Source: a bacterium | Lineage (GTDB): Bacteria; Chloroflexota; Chloroflexia; Chloroflexales; Kallotenuaceae | DNA length: 64,000 nt | Direction: 5' to 3' | NCBI GenBank assembly: GCA_016781525.1 | Contig: JADDQE010000117.1 | Coordinates: 4,039 to 68,038, forward strand | Shown here: piece by piece, positions 56,610-64,000 of the stretch | Layout: each line of letters opens with the position of its first letter | Numbering within the stretch: position 1 is the first letter of the stretch | Position numbers and translations under genes: made by a program | Notes under the pieces: generated by a model | What the model was told of the DNA's origin: nothing | Databases searched by the model: none | The model's input: the letters and a program-made list of their open reading frames with translations, nothing else

Positions 56610-56691
56610 ATGTTTCCTATACGTCCCCCTGCCATGTGGACTGGCTGGCGGGATTTCGTTTTGTTCACACGATTGGCTCAGGAGAACTGCC

Positions 56692-57288
56692 ATAAGGAAT
56701 CAGAAAGCACGTATCAACCGGCGCATTCGCGTCCCGCAGGTGCGTCTAATCGACGAGGAAGGTGGGCAGGTCGGCGTTATCAGCACCCAGGAGGCGCTGA
56801 TGATGGCCGAAGAGCGTGGCCTGGATCTCGTCGAAGTTGCGCCCAACTCTGATCCGCCTGTCTGCCGGCTGATGGACTACGGTAAGTTCCTGTACGAGCA
56901 GAACAAGAAAGCACGCGAAGCGCGCAAGAACCAAAAGATCGTTGAGATCAAAGAGGTCCAGATCCGGCCGAGCACCGACGATCATGATATTGAGGTGAAG
57001 AGTAACCGGGCCCGCGAGTTTCTTGCCGAGGGTCACAAGGTAAAATTCAACATGCGCTTCCGTGGGCGGCAGCTCGCACACCAAGATATCGGCGTCCAGA
57101 TGTTGGAAGAAATCGCCGAGAAGATGCGCGACGTTGCGGTGGTTGAAGTGCGGCCGACCTCTGAGGGCAGAACAATCACGATGGTCGTCGCGCCACAGCC
57201 CGCCAAGGGTGGTGGAGGTGGTGGGAAGCCACGCGCTGATCGTCCGGCAGCGGCAGCTGAAAAGCCAAGCGAACCATCAGAAGCATAA
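56692..57288 (+). CDS. infC: translation initiation factor IF-3, ATA start codon
   Basis: IRNQKARINRRIRVPQVRLIDEEG.. begins at in-frame ATA 56692, 6 nt after AGGAGA; track ORF start 56563 lies upstream of the predicted promoter. Confidence 0.85.
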   Translation: MRNQKARINRRIRVPQVRLIDEEGGQVGVISTQEALMMAEERGLDLVEVAPNSDPPVCRLMDYGKFLYEQNKKAREARKNQKIVEIKEVQIRPSTDDHDIEVKSNRAREFLAEGHKVKFNMRFRGRQLAHQDIGVQMLEEIAEKMRDVAVVEVRPTSEGRTITMVVAPQPAKGGGGGGKPRADRPAAAAEKPSEPSEA

Positions 57289-57303
57289 AGGATACGTATT
57301 CCA

Positions 57304-57507
57304 ATGCCAAAGCTGAAGACCCACAAAGGAGCGCAAAAGCGCTTCAAGGTGAACGGTGCGGGCAAGCTAATGCGGCCCAAGGCGATGAAGAGCCACTTCC
57401 GCCGCCGCCGCTCGACCCGTGTCAAGCAGCAGCTCGACAAGATGCTGCTTGCAGATACCTCAGTCGTGAAGCGGCTGAAGAAGAAAGTCCTGCCGTACGG
57501 CGTCTAG
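57304..57507 (+). CDS. rpmI: 50S ribosomal protein L35
   Basis: MPKLKTHKGAQKRFKV.. Confidence 0.95.
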   Translation: MPKLKTHKGAQKRFKVNGAGKLMRPKAMKSHFRRRRSTRVKQQLDKMLLADTSVVKRLKKKVLPYGV

Positions 57508-57679
57508 CTGGATGCGGTAAGGGTCGGTAATTCATCGGTAATTGGTGCTGCACGACGGCAATGCAAACAAGACGTATGTGGTCTGGCCGGTCGAGCACAC
57601 AACGTTCATCACCGGACGGAGCGACCCCGTGGGGGTTGGCTCACTCCTACTCGGGATGAGTGTCTAAAAGGAGACAACC

Positions 57680-58039
57680 ATGGCTCGCGTTAAGCGCGGT
57701 ACGATGGTGCGCAAGCGCCATAACAAACTACTTCGTCAAGCTAAAGGCTATCGCGGCAATCGTAGCCGCAACTACAAGGTCGCGCATGAGCAGGTGATGC
57801 GCTCGCTGGCGTACGCGTACCGCCACCGCCGCACCAAGAAGCGCGATATGCGCCGGCTCTGGATCGTGCGCATCAATGCGGCTGCCCGGCAGCATGGCTT
57901 GAGCTATAGCCGCTTCATGAGCGGCCTCAAGCTGGTCGGCATCGCCATGGATCGCAAGCAGCTCGCGGATCTCGCGGTCCGTGATGCGACGACCTTTGGT
58001 CAGCTCGCGACTCAAGTGCAACGAGTGATCAGCGCCTAG
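57680..58039 (+). CDS. rplT: 50S ribosomal protein L20
   Basis: [26 protein letters not shown].. Confidence 0.95.
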   Translation: MARVKRGTMVRKRHNKLLRQAKGYRGNRSRNYKVAHEQVMRSLAYAYRHRRTKKRDMRRLWIVRINAAARQHGLSYSRFMSGLKLVGIAMDRKQLADLAVRDATTFGQLATQVQRVISA

Positions 58040-58040
58040 G

Positions 58041-58103
58041 AGAAGATAGAACAAAGAACATAGACCGGCGACAGCTCGTCTGTTCTATGCTCTTTGTTCT
58101 TCG
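58041..58103 (+). terminator. rplT terminator hairpin built from inverted heptamer half-arrays
   Basis: AGAAGAT AGAACAA AGAACAT AGACCGG .. TCTGTTC TATGCTC TTTGTTC; long imperfect stem. Confidence 0.6.
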
Positions 58104-58106
58104 CAT

Positions 58107-58895
58107 GTGATCAGTAGTCTCAAAAATCCCTCCATCAAACGTCTCCGCTCGTTGATGACCAACCGCAAGGATCGTCGTCACGAGCGGTTGTTTGTTATCG
58201 AGGGCGTGCGGCTGGTCGAGGAGGCTGTGCGCTCCGGTGCGAGATTCGCCCTGACCGTGTATAATCCGGAGCAGTTAGGGACGACTGACCGGGGAGCGGC
58301 GCTCCAAGCGGCTCTAAGCTCCATGCCCAATACCTACGCTGCACCGGCCGAGGTGATCGAGGCGATCACAGACACGGTCTCTCCGCAGGGTGTTGTGGCG
58401 GCGGTCGGATGGCCCGAGCTGGAGCCCGGCCGTAGCGGTGTGCAGCTGGTCTTAGATGCCGTGCAAGACCCTGGGAATGTCGGCACGCTGCTTCGCACGG
58501 CAGAGGCGACGGGAGTCAGCCAGGTCATCTGTTTGGCAGGGTCGGCCGATGTGTACAGCCCCAAGGTTGTCCGAGCGGCAATGGGCGCGCATTTTCGCCT
58601 CCCAATCGTGCAAGATGTGGACTGGGATGAGGCTCCTAGTTTGCTGATCGCCGCCGACAATGTGTATGCCGCGGTAGCCAACGCGACGATGCCCTACTAC
58701 GCGGCAGACTGGCGACAGCCGTCCGCTCTGGTAGTTGGGAACGAGGCAAATGGTGTCAGCGACGTGGGCTTGGCAGTGGCGACAAAGCACATCAGCATTC
58801 CGATGGTTGGGCCCGTCGAATCATTGAACGCGGCAGTCGCCGGCAGCGTCATTTTGTTCGAGGCGCTCCGCCAGCGCAAGCTAGGCCGAAGTTAG
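58107..58895 (+). CDS. TrmH/SpoU family RNA 2'-O-methyltransferase (RlmB-like)
   Basis: GTG start; LVLDAVQDPGNVGTLLRTAEA, LVVGNEANGVS, IPMVGPVESLNAAVA motifs. Confidence 0.85.
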   Translation: MISSLKNPSIKRLRSLMTNRKDRRHERLFVIEGVRLVEEAVRSGARFALTVYNPEQLGTTDRGAALQAALSSMPNTYAAPAEVIEAITDTVSPQGVVAAVGWPELEPGRSGVQLVLDAVQDPGNVGTLLRTAEATGVSQVICLAGSADVYSPKVVRAAMGAHFRLPIVQDVDWDEAPSLLIAADNVYAAVANATMPYYAADWRQPSALVVGNEANGVSDVGLAVATKHISIPMVGPVESLNAAVAGSVILFEALRQRKLGRS

Positions 58896-58899
58896 AGCG

Positions 58900-59178
58900 A
58901 GGCATCAGGCTCCAGGCGTGAGGTATCAGGGGACCGAATGCTGCCTGAGACTGGAGCCTGTTACCTGAAAGCTGAAACTTATACAGGCATTGACGAAGCG
59001 AGGATAGCAGGTAGGCCGCCAGAGAGCGCGAGGCCAGAGGCTGAAAGCCAGCGCCGGGACCGCCACTATCCGTTCCCTTCCGAGCCGACGAGTGAACACG
59101 GGAAAAGAACACAGAAGAGGGAACGCAGAACAGGAAGCACCAAGCTGTTCTATGTTCGCTGCTCTCTGCTCTCCTCGT
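58900..59178. repeat. about 280 nt of locally phased heptamer blocks
   Basis: AGGCATC AGGCTCC AGGCGTG AGGTATC AGGGGAC (58900-34); CTGGAGC CTGTTAC CTGAAAG CTGAAAC (58951-78); GCGCGAG GCCAGAG GCTGAAA GCCAGCG (59026-53); AGAACAC AGAAGAG GGAACGC AGAACAG (59106-33); CTGTTCT ATGTTCG CTGCTCT CTGCTCT (59145-72). Confidence 0.75.
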
Positions 59179-59194
59179 TACTAGCTCGCTCCGG

Positions 59195-59310
59195 TTGCCC
59201 GCCGTTATTGGGCTTCGAGAGCGCATGGAACCGCGATGAGCAGTCTGTGCGCTAAACCAGGGTGGTACCGCGGGCCGCACCTCGTCCCTGACGAGCGTGC
59301 GGCTTTTTGT
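59195..59310 (+). promoter_or_regulatory. T-box leader, 3' half (F-box, Stem III, T-box sequence, terminator) controlling pheS
   Basis: CCGTTA at 59202-07; AGCGCA..TGCGCT stem; AAACCAGGGTGGTACCGCG at 59254-72; terminator GCCGCACCTCGT-ccctg-ACGAGCGTGCGGC-TTTTT (59274-59308). Confidence 0.8.
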
Positions 59311-59370
59311 ATTAAGAATCAAGGGCTCGAGCTGCTATTCTCAGCCCTCAGCCGATGACGAGGAGGAAGC

Positions 59371-60408
59371 ATGATCGAACAGCTAGAACTCGCGGAAAAG
59401 CAGGCGCTGGCCGAGCTTGGCGGCGTCAGCAACCTTGACGCACTACGCGCGTGGAAAAGCACGTATCTGGCCAAATCGGGGCCGCTCGCCGAGATTAGTC
59501 GGGGGATGGGTAAGCTGAGTGCCGAAGAGCGGCCACAGGTAGGCCAGCGAATCAATGCGGCCAAGCAAGCGCTGCAGCGGTCGTACGATGAGCTAGAGCA
59601 ACGGCTGACGAGCGAAGCCCGCGTGGCAGAGCTGGAGCGGGATCGCGTCGACGTAACATTGCCTGGGCGACCGGTACACGCGGGCCGGCTGCATCTTGTG
59701 ACGCAGGTGTTGCGCGATATCGAGCGCGTCTTCGGGACGATGGGCTTCACGGTGTGGGAAAGCCCCGAGGTTGAAACTGACGAGTACAACTACGGGCTGC
59801 TTAACTTCCCCGAGGACCATCCCGCGCGCGATATGCAGGATACCTTCTTCGTCAAGATGCCTCCCGGAAGCCCAAAGGTTGTGCTGCGCTCACACACCTC
59901 CCCTGGCCAGATTCGGGCGATGCATCGCTTCGCACCGGAGCCGGTGCGGGTGTTGCTGCCCGGTAAGTGCTATCGCTCCGAGCAAGTCACGGCGCGCCAT
60001 GAGATGCAGTTTACCCAGTTCGAGTTCTTAGCGGTCGGGCGCAATATTACGATGGGTGATCTCAAGGGAATGCTGGACGCCTTTGCCAAGGGGATCTATG
60101 GCGCCGAGACCGAGGTGCGCCTACGGCCAAGCTACTTCCCGTTCACCGAGCCGAGCGCCGAGATGGACGTGTCGTGCAACTTATGCAAGGGCAAAGGCTG
60201 CCGGATGTGTAAGTACACCGGCTGGCTCGAGATTGGCGGCTGCGGAATGGTTCATCCGGTTGTGCTGCGCAACGGCGGATACGATCCCGCCGAGTTCAGC
60301 GGCTTCGCCGGCGGCTTCGGTCCCGAGCGCATCGCCATTATGAAGTATGGCATCGACGACATTCGCTGGTTCAACAGCGCTGACCTGCGCTTTTTGGAGC
60401 AATTCTAG
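59371..60408 (+). CDS. pheS: phenylalanine--tRNA ligase alpha subunit
   Basis: 345 aa full-length PheS; SD GAGGAGGAAG. Confidence 0.95.
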   Translation: MIEQLELAEKQALAELGGVSNLDALRAWKSTYLAKSGPLAEISRGMGKLSAEERPQVGQRINAAKQALQRSYDELEQRLTSEARVAELERDRVDVTLPGRPVHAGRLHLVTQVLRDIERVFGTMGFTVWESPEVETDEYNYGLLNFPEDHPARDMQDTFFVKMPPGSPKVVLRSHTSPGQIRAMHRFAPEPVRVLLPGKCYRSEQVTARHEMQFTQFEFLAVGRNITMGDLKGMLDAFAKGIYGAETEVRLRPSYFPFTEPSAEMDVSCNLCKGKGCRMCKYTGWLEIGGCGMVHPVVLRNGGYDPAEFSGFAGGFGPERIAIMKYGIDDIRWFNSADLRFLEQF

Positions 60409-62232
60409 TTGGTACGTGCAATCCACAGCCGGCAGATTGACCTTCGTTCCGGGCGTGCACTTCACGCCGCGCGATGGCTGCTCTGTGCCATCGCAGGCGC
60501 CCACGTCGGGTTAGCTTTGTGGTGGAGCCTCGTCGTGCCGCTGGGCGAAGGGCCGGATGAGCCAGGGCACTTTCGGTATGCCTTGTTCTTGGCGCGTCAC
60601 GGGCAGATACCGGTGCAGCATGACGATCCGCACCAGAGCGACGTTCCGGGGGAAGGCCACCAGCCCCCGGTCGCGTACTGGCTCATGCAGCCGGCCGTAC
60701 GCTGGTTACCGCCTGCGGAGCAAGTGCTGGAGATTGGACCTGATGCGCGGTTTTTGCACGCCGGCGGCGACCGGCCAAATGCCTACTTCCGCTCATCGGC
60801 AGATATCTGGCCATATCATGGTGCTGCACGGGCCTGGCATCTTGTGCGTGCCATCTCGGCCTTGCTCGGCGGTATCACCGTAACTGTGACCTATGCCCTC
60901 GCTCGACGCTGCTTCGGCCAAGGGATGCAAGATGGTGGGTGGGTCGCGCTTGCCGCGGCTGCTCTAGTTGCGCTTAATCCCCAGTTCATTTTCGCCCATG
61001 CGCTTGCGTCAAACGACCCGCTGCTGATTGCCCTGTCGAGCATGTTGCTGTATGCATGCGTAAGCATTGTGACTGAGGCAGGCCATGGTCGTCGATGGGT
61101 GATCGCGTCTGGTCTGTTGCTTGGCCTGATGCTGATAACCAAGCAAAGCGCCCTCGCGCTCGTGCCGCTGCCATTTCTAGCGCTCATCCTCCGCGGCAAC
61201 CTCGGGCGAGCTGTAGTCGACGGGCTGATTGTGGCGGTCCTTGCCGTGGTGCTTGCAGGTTGGTGGTACCTGCGCAACTTTCGGCTCTACGACGACCCGC
61301 TCGGCTTAGCTGCGTTCCAAGAGGTTTTTGCCACGGGCGATTTCCGTCTGTCATCGTGGCAGCACTGGCGGAGCGGTCTATGGAGCTTGCTGCGCTCGAG
61401 CTGGGGTAACTTCGGTTGGCTAAGCCTGCCACTCAACGACGGAGCGTACTATGTCGTTGCGACGTTTCTAGTGCTTGGGTTAATCGGGCTTGTGGTCACC
61501 GTCGGCCGCGGATGGTGGACGGGTCGTGGCCGGATTGCCCTCCTGCTCGTCACGGCGATTGTACTTGTCTTTGTGTGGACAGTCGTCTTCGCGCGAGTGG
61601 CGGGCATGGTTGCGTGGCAGGGTCGTTTCCTGTTCCCCGCCGTCTCGGCGTTCGCCCTGCTGTTGGCCTGTGGCTTAAGCGTGATTCTCCCTGGACGAGC
61701 TGCACTTTGGTCATTTGTGGGTCTGCTTGGCGTCCTAGCCATCACCTTACCACCGGCCTTCGTTAGCCGCGCCTACCCAAGCTATGTCGAGCCGACACAG
61801 ACCCCCGATTTCGGCAACGTCTACGGGCGCTTCGACGTCGGCTGGAAACGTGGCGTCGAGCTGCGAAATGTCGAATTTCCAGACGAGGCGATGACAGGGG
61901 CTACGATCGACGTCGTGCTTACCTGGCACGCGCTAGAGCAGATGGATCGACGCTGGAGCGTCTTTATTCATCTCGTCGACGATGCGGAGAACATCATCGC
62001 CGAGAGTAATGCTCAGCCACTGCAGGGCACCTTTCCGACCAGCAGCTGGGTCCGCGGCGACTGGATTCGCGATTCGCACCAGCTTGATCTCGAGAGTACA
62101 CCTCCAGGCCAATATCGGCTCTGGATCGGCCTTTGGGATCCCGCTTCAGGAGCTCGTCTGGGCATGTATGACCGCACGAATACGCCTGCAGGTGACCGTG
62201 TCGAAGTCAGATCAATAACGATTAGGGACTAG
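60409..62232 (+). CDS. GT-C-fold membrane glycosyltransferase-like protein (GT39/ArnT/PMT-like) with C-terminal soluble domain
   Basis: 607-aa ORF, many TM helices, EGPDEPGHFRYALFLARHG loop; TTG start abuts pheS TAG; no in-frame ATG/GTG before the first TM helix. Confidence 0.7.
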   Translation: MVRAIHSRQIDLRSGRALHAARWLLCAIAGAHVGLALWWSLVVPLGEGPDEPGHFRYALFLARHGQIPVQHDDPHQSDVPGEGHQPPVAYWLMQPAVRWLPPAEQVLEIGPDARFLHAGGDRPNAYFRSSADIWPYHGAARAWHLVRAISALLGGITVTVTYALARRCFGQGMQDGGWVALAAAALVALNPQFIFAHALASNDPLLIALSSMLLYACVSIVTEAGHGRRWVIASGLLLGLMLITKQSALALVPLPFLALILRGNLGRAVVDGLIVAVLAVVLAGWWYLRNFRLYDDPLGLAAFQEVFATGDFRLSSWQHWRSGLWSLLRSSWGNFGWLSLPLNDGAYYVVATFLVLGLIGLVVTVGRGWWTGRGRIALLLVTAIVLVFVWTVVFARVAGMVAWQGRFLFPAVSAFALLLACGLSVILPGRAALWSFVGLLGVLAITLPPAFVSRAYPSYVEPTQTPDFGNVYGRFDVGWKRGVELRNVEFPDEAMTGATIDVVLTWHALEQMDRRWSVFIHLVDDAENIIAESNAQPLQGTFPTSSWVRGDWIRDSHQLDLESTPPGQYRLWIGLWDPASGARLGMYDRTNTPAGDRVEVRSITIRD

Positions 62233-62292
62233 GCTGAGGGACTAGAAATTAGGGAGGAGCAGCTTGGCTCTCGTCCCTAGCTCCTAGCTCCT
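62223..62292. repeat. heptamer array across the stop codon of the GT-C gene
   Basis: TAGGGAC TAGGCTG AGGGACT AGAAATT AGGGAGG AGCAGCT TGGCTCT CGTCCCT AGCTCCT AGCTCCT. Confidence 0.6.
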
Positions 62293-62307
62293 CTATATGG
62301 AGGTATT

Positions 62308-64000
62308 ATGCGTGTTCCTTTATCCTGGCTCAAAGAATATGTAGAGCTTGTCGTGTCGCCAGAAGAGCTGGCCGACCGGCTTACTCTCGCGGGCATGGAG
62401 GTTACCAGCATCGACTACGTTGGGGCCGAAGCACCCGCAAACTCAGCCTGGTCGCCAGATTTAAGTGGTCCCGTTCCCCCGGAGCATATTCCCTGGGACC
62501 CTGAACGGGTGCTCGTCGGCGAGATTGTCGAGGTCAATCAGCATCCTAATGCAGACCGTTTGACCGTTCCGGTAGTTGGATATGGTGATGGTCGCACCAT
62601 TGCCGTGGTTACGGGCGCGCCCAACATCAAAGTCGGGATGTGCGGGCAGAAGGTAGCGCTCGCCTTAGCAGGTGCCAAGCTCGTCGACGGTCATAGCGAG
62701 ACACGTAAGTGGGTAACGCTTAAGCCTACGAAGCTGCGCGGCGTAGCATCCGAAGGCATGGTTTGCTCGGAGCTTGAGCTAGGCTTGTCAGAAGAACACG
62801 AGGGCATTTTGTTCTTGCCGGACGACGCTCCAGTTGGCACTCCGCTGCGTGACTACCTCGGCGATGTTGTGCTCAACATTGACCTGACGCCGAATCTGTC
62901 GCGCGCGCTCTCGATTGTGGGCGTGGCCCGCGAAGTCGCGGCGCTGACCGATCAACCGCTCAAGCTACCGGAACCCGAGGTTGCGGCGGAGGGTCCGAGC
63001 ATCGAGGGGCGGGCACGCGTCACAGTAACCGATCCCGAGGACTGTCCGCGCTTCACCATTGGCTTGATCGAAGGCATAACCGTTGGTCCATCGCCGGCGT
63101 GGCTGCAGCAGCGTCTTCGATTGGCTGGTATGCGCCCGATCTCCAACGTCGTCGACGTTTCCAACTATGTCATGCTGGAATGGGGGCAGCCGTCGCACGC
63201 GTTTGACGCCGATCGAGTGGTCGACCGACACCTGATCGTCCGGCGCGCCCACGAAGGGGAAACCTTGCGGACGCTTGACAACCAAGAGCGCAAGCTGAGC
63301 CCGGCCCACATCGTCGTCGCGGACCCGAGCGGCGCCGAGTCCTTGGCCGGTGTTATGGGCGGCCTCGAGACGGAGGTCACCGACGCGACGAAGAATATTT
63401 TGCTGGAGGCGGCTATCTGGAATCCGGCTCAGATCCGGCGCACTGCTCAGGCATTCAAGCTTCCCAGCGAAGCATCGCGGCGCTTCGAGCGTGGCGTCGA
63501 TCCGGGGCTGCCGCCATTGGCCCTGCGACGGGCACTCGAGCTTATGCGCCAGGTCGCCGGTGGCACTGTGGCGCAGGGCCTAGTTGACGTCTACGGCCGG
63601 CCATGGGAACCACGGCGGCTGGAGCTAACAAGCGCCGAGGTGCGCCGGCTGTTAGGCGTCGAATTAAGTGCCGCACAGATTGCCGAGCTTCTTGGGCGGC
63701 TGGGCTTTGAGTGTGAGATCGGTCTCGACAGTGTGCTGGTGCTGGTGCCGTCCTACCGGTTGGACGTCTCTATCGTGGCGGATTTGGTAGAAGAAGTGGC
63801 GCGGCTGTATGGCTACGATCAGCTGCCGTCCACCCGGCTGGCGGACGAGCTGCCGCCGCAGTACACCGACGAGCTTCGCCTTGGCGAAAGCTTTGTTAAG
63901 GATACACTCGTGGCGTGTGGCCTCCAGGAGGTCATAACCTATTCGCTAACAAGCCTAGAGACAATCAGGCTCTTCGATGGGACGCAGCCGGATGCGAGTG
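62308..64000 (+). CDS. pheT: phenylalanine--tRNA ligase beta subunit (5' partial, runs off the window)
   Basis: ATG 62308 after TGGAGG; MRVPLSWLKEYVELVVSPEELADRLTLAGMEV.., tRNA-binding domain VNQHPNADRL; frame open to the window end; absent from ORF track because no stop. Confidence 0.9.
   Translation, partial: MRVPLSWLKEYVELVVSPEELADRLTLAGMEVTSIDYVGAEAPANSAWSPDLSGPVPPEHIPWDPERVLVGEIVEVNQHPNADRLTVPVVGYGDGRTIAVVTGAPNIKVGMCGQKVALALAGAKLVDGHSETRKWVTLKPTKLRGVASEGMVCSELELGLSEEHEGILFLPDDAPVGTPLRDYLGDVVLNIDLTPNLSRALSIVGVAREVAALTDQPLKLPEPEVAAEGPSIEGRARVTVTDPEDCPRFTIGLIEGITVGPSPAWLQQRLRLAGMRPISNVVDVSNYVMLEWGQPSHAFDADRVVDRHLIVRRAHEGETLRTLDNQERKLSPAHIVVADPSGAESLAGVMGGLETEVTDATKNILLEAAIWNPAQIRRTAQAFKLPSEASRRFERGVDPGLPPLALRRALELMRQVAGGTVAQGLVDVYGRPWEPRRLELTSAEVRRLLGVELSAAQIAELLGRLGFECEIGLDSVLVLVPSYRLDVSIVADLVEEVARLYGYDQLPSTRLADELPPQYTDELRLGESFVKDTLVACGLQEVITYSLTSLETIRLFDGTQPDAS

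Overview
64-kb chromosomal segment, about 55-63% GC by my hand counts. It is dense in housekeeping genes with GGAGG-type ribosome-binding sites. Gene content and leader types (two SAM-I riboswitches, a T-box, Flp pilins, an LLM/F420-type enzyme, mce/mcm) look Chloroflexota-like or otherwise Terrabacteria-like, but taxonomy cannot be proven from this window.

About 60 protein genes are supported:
- Sulfur and one-carbon metabolism: S-box-controlled sir-cysH, and S-box-controlled Nudix-metH.
- Two tandem half-size CbiX chelatases.
- Ferritin, an FtsH paralog and an NAD-type isocitrate dehydrogenase.
- mce plus the mcm large subunit.
- A hybrid histidine kinase.
- An MshC-like cysteine ligase with a Cys-less redoxin.
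- IMPase and a radical SAM protein.
- greA, lysS, infC-rpmI-rplT, a TrmH-family methylase and pheS/pheT.
- Several glycoside hydrolases and GT-C-like membrane proteins.
- tRNA-Gln(UUG).

I saw no rRNA, CRISPR array, transposase, integrase or recognisable defence system.

Features absent from the ORF track:
- Two 52/53-aa Flp pilin genes.
- pheT, which is open at the window edge.
- A 31-codon ORF inside a closed RNA module.
- An ATA-initiated infC.
- The riboswitches, the T-box, and several promoters and terminators.

Most unusual observations:
1. A family of locally phased heptanucleotide tandem arrays (AGNNNNN / CTGANNN / AGAACAA types). They are often arranged as inverted half-arrays immediately 3' of stop codons at six or more loci between 39 and 62 kb. 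One of them is translated as the C-terminal tail of a gene.
2. A zf-HC2 anti-sigma-like N-terminus fused in frame to a 12-TM MFS transporter. It lies next to an inverted-repeat-enclosed mini-ORF in a lower-GC patch.
3. An MshC-type ligase, Cys-less redoxin and SAM methyltransferase cluster, which is a candidate low-molecular-weight-thiol module.
4. A Doc-family protein in which every catalytic Fic-motif residue is replaced.
5. A GT-C membrane protein gene wedged between pheS and pheT behind a T-box.

All calls come from reading the sequence and from remembered family motifs. No searches or folding programs were run.
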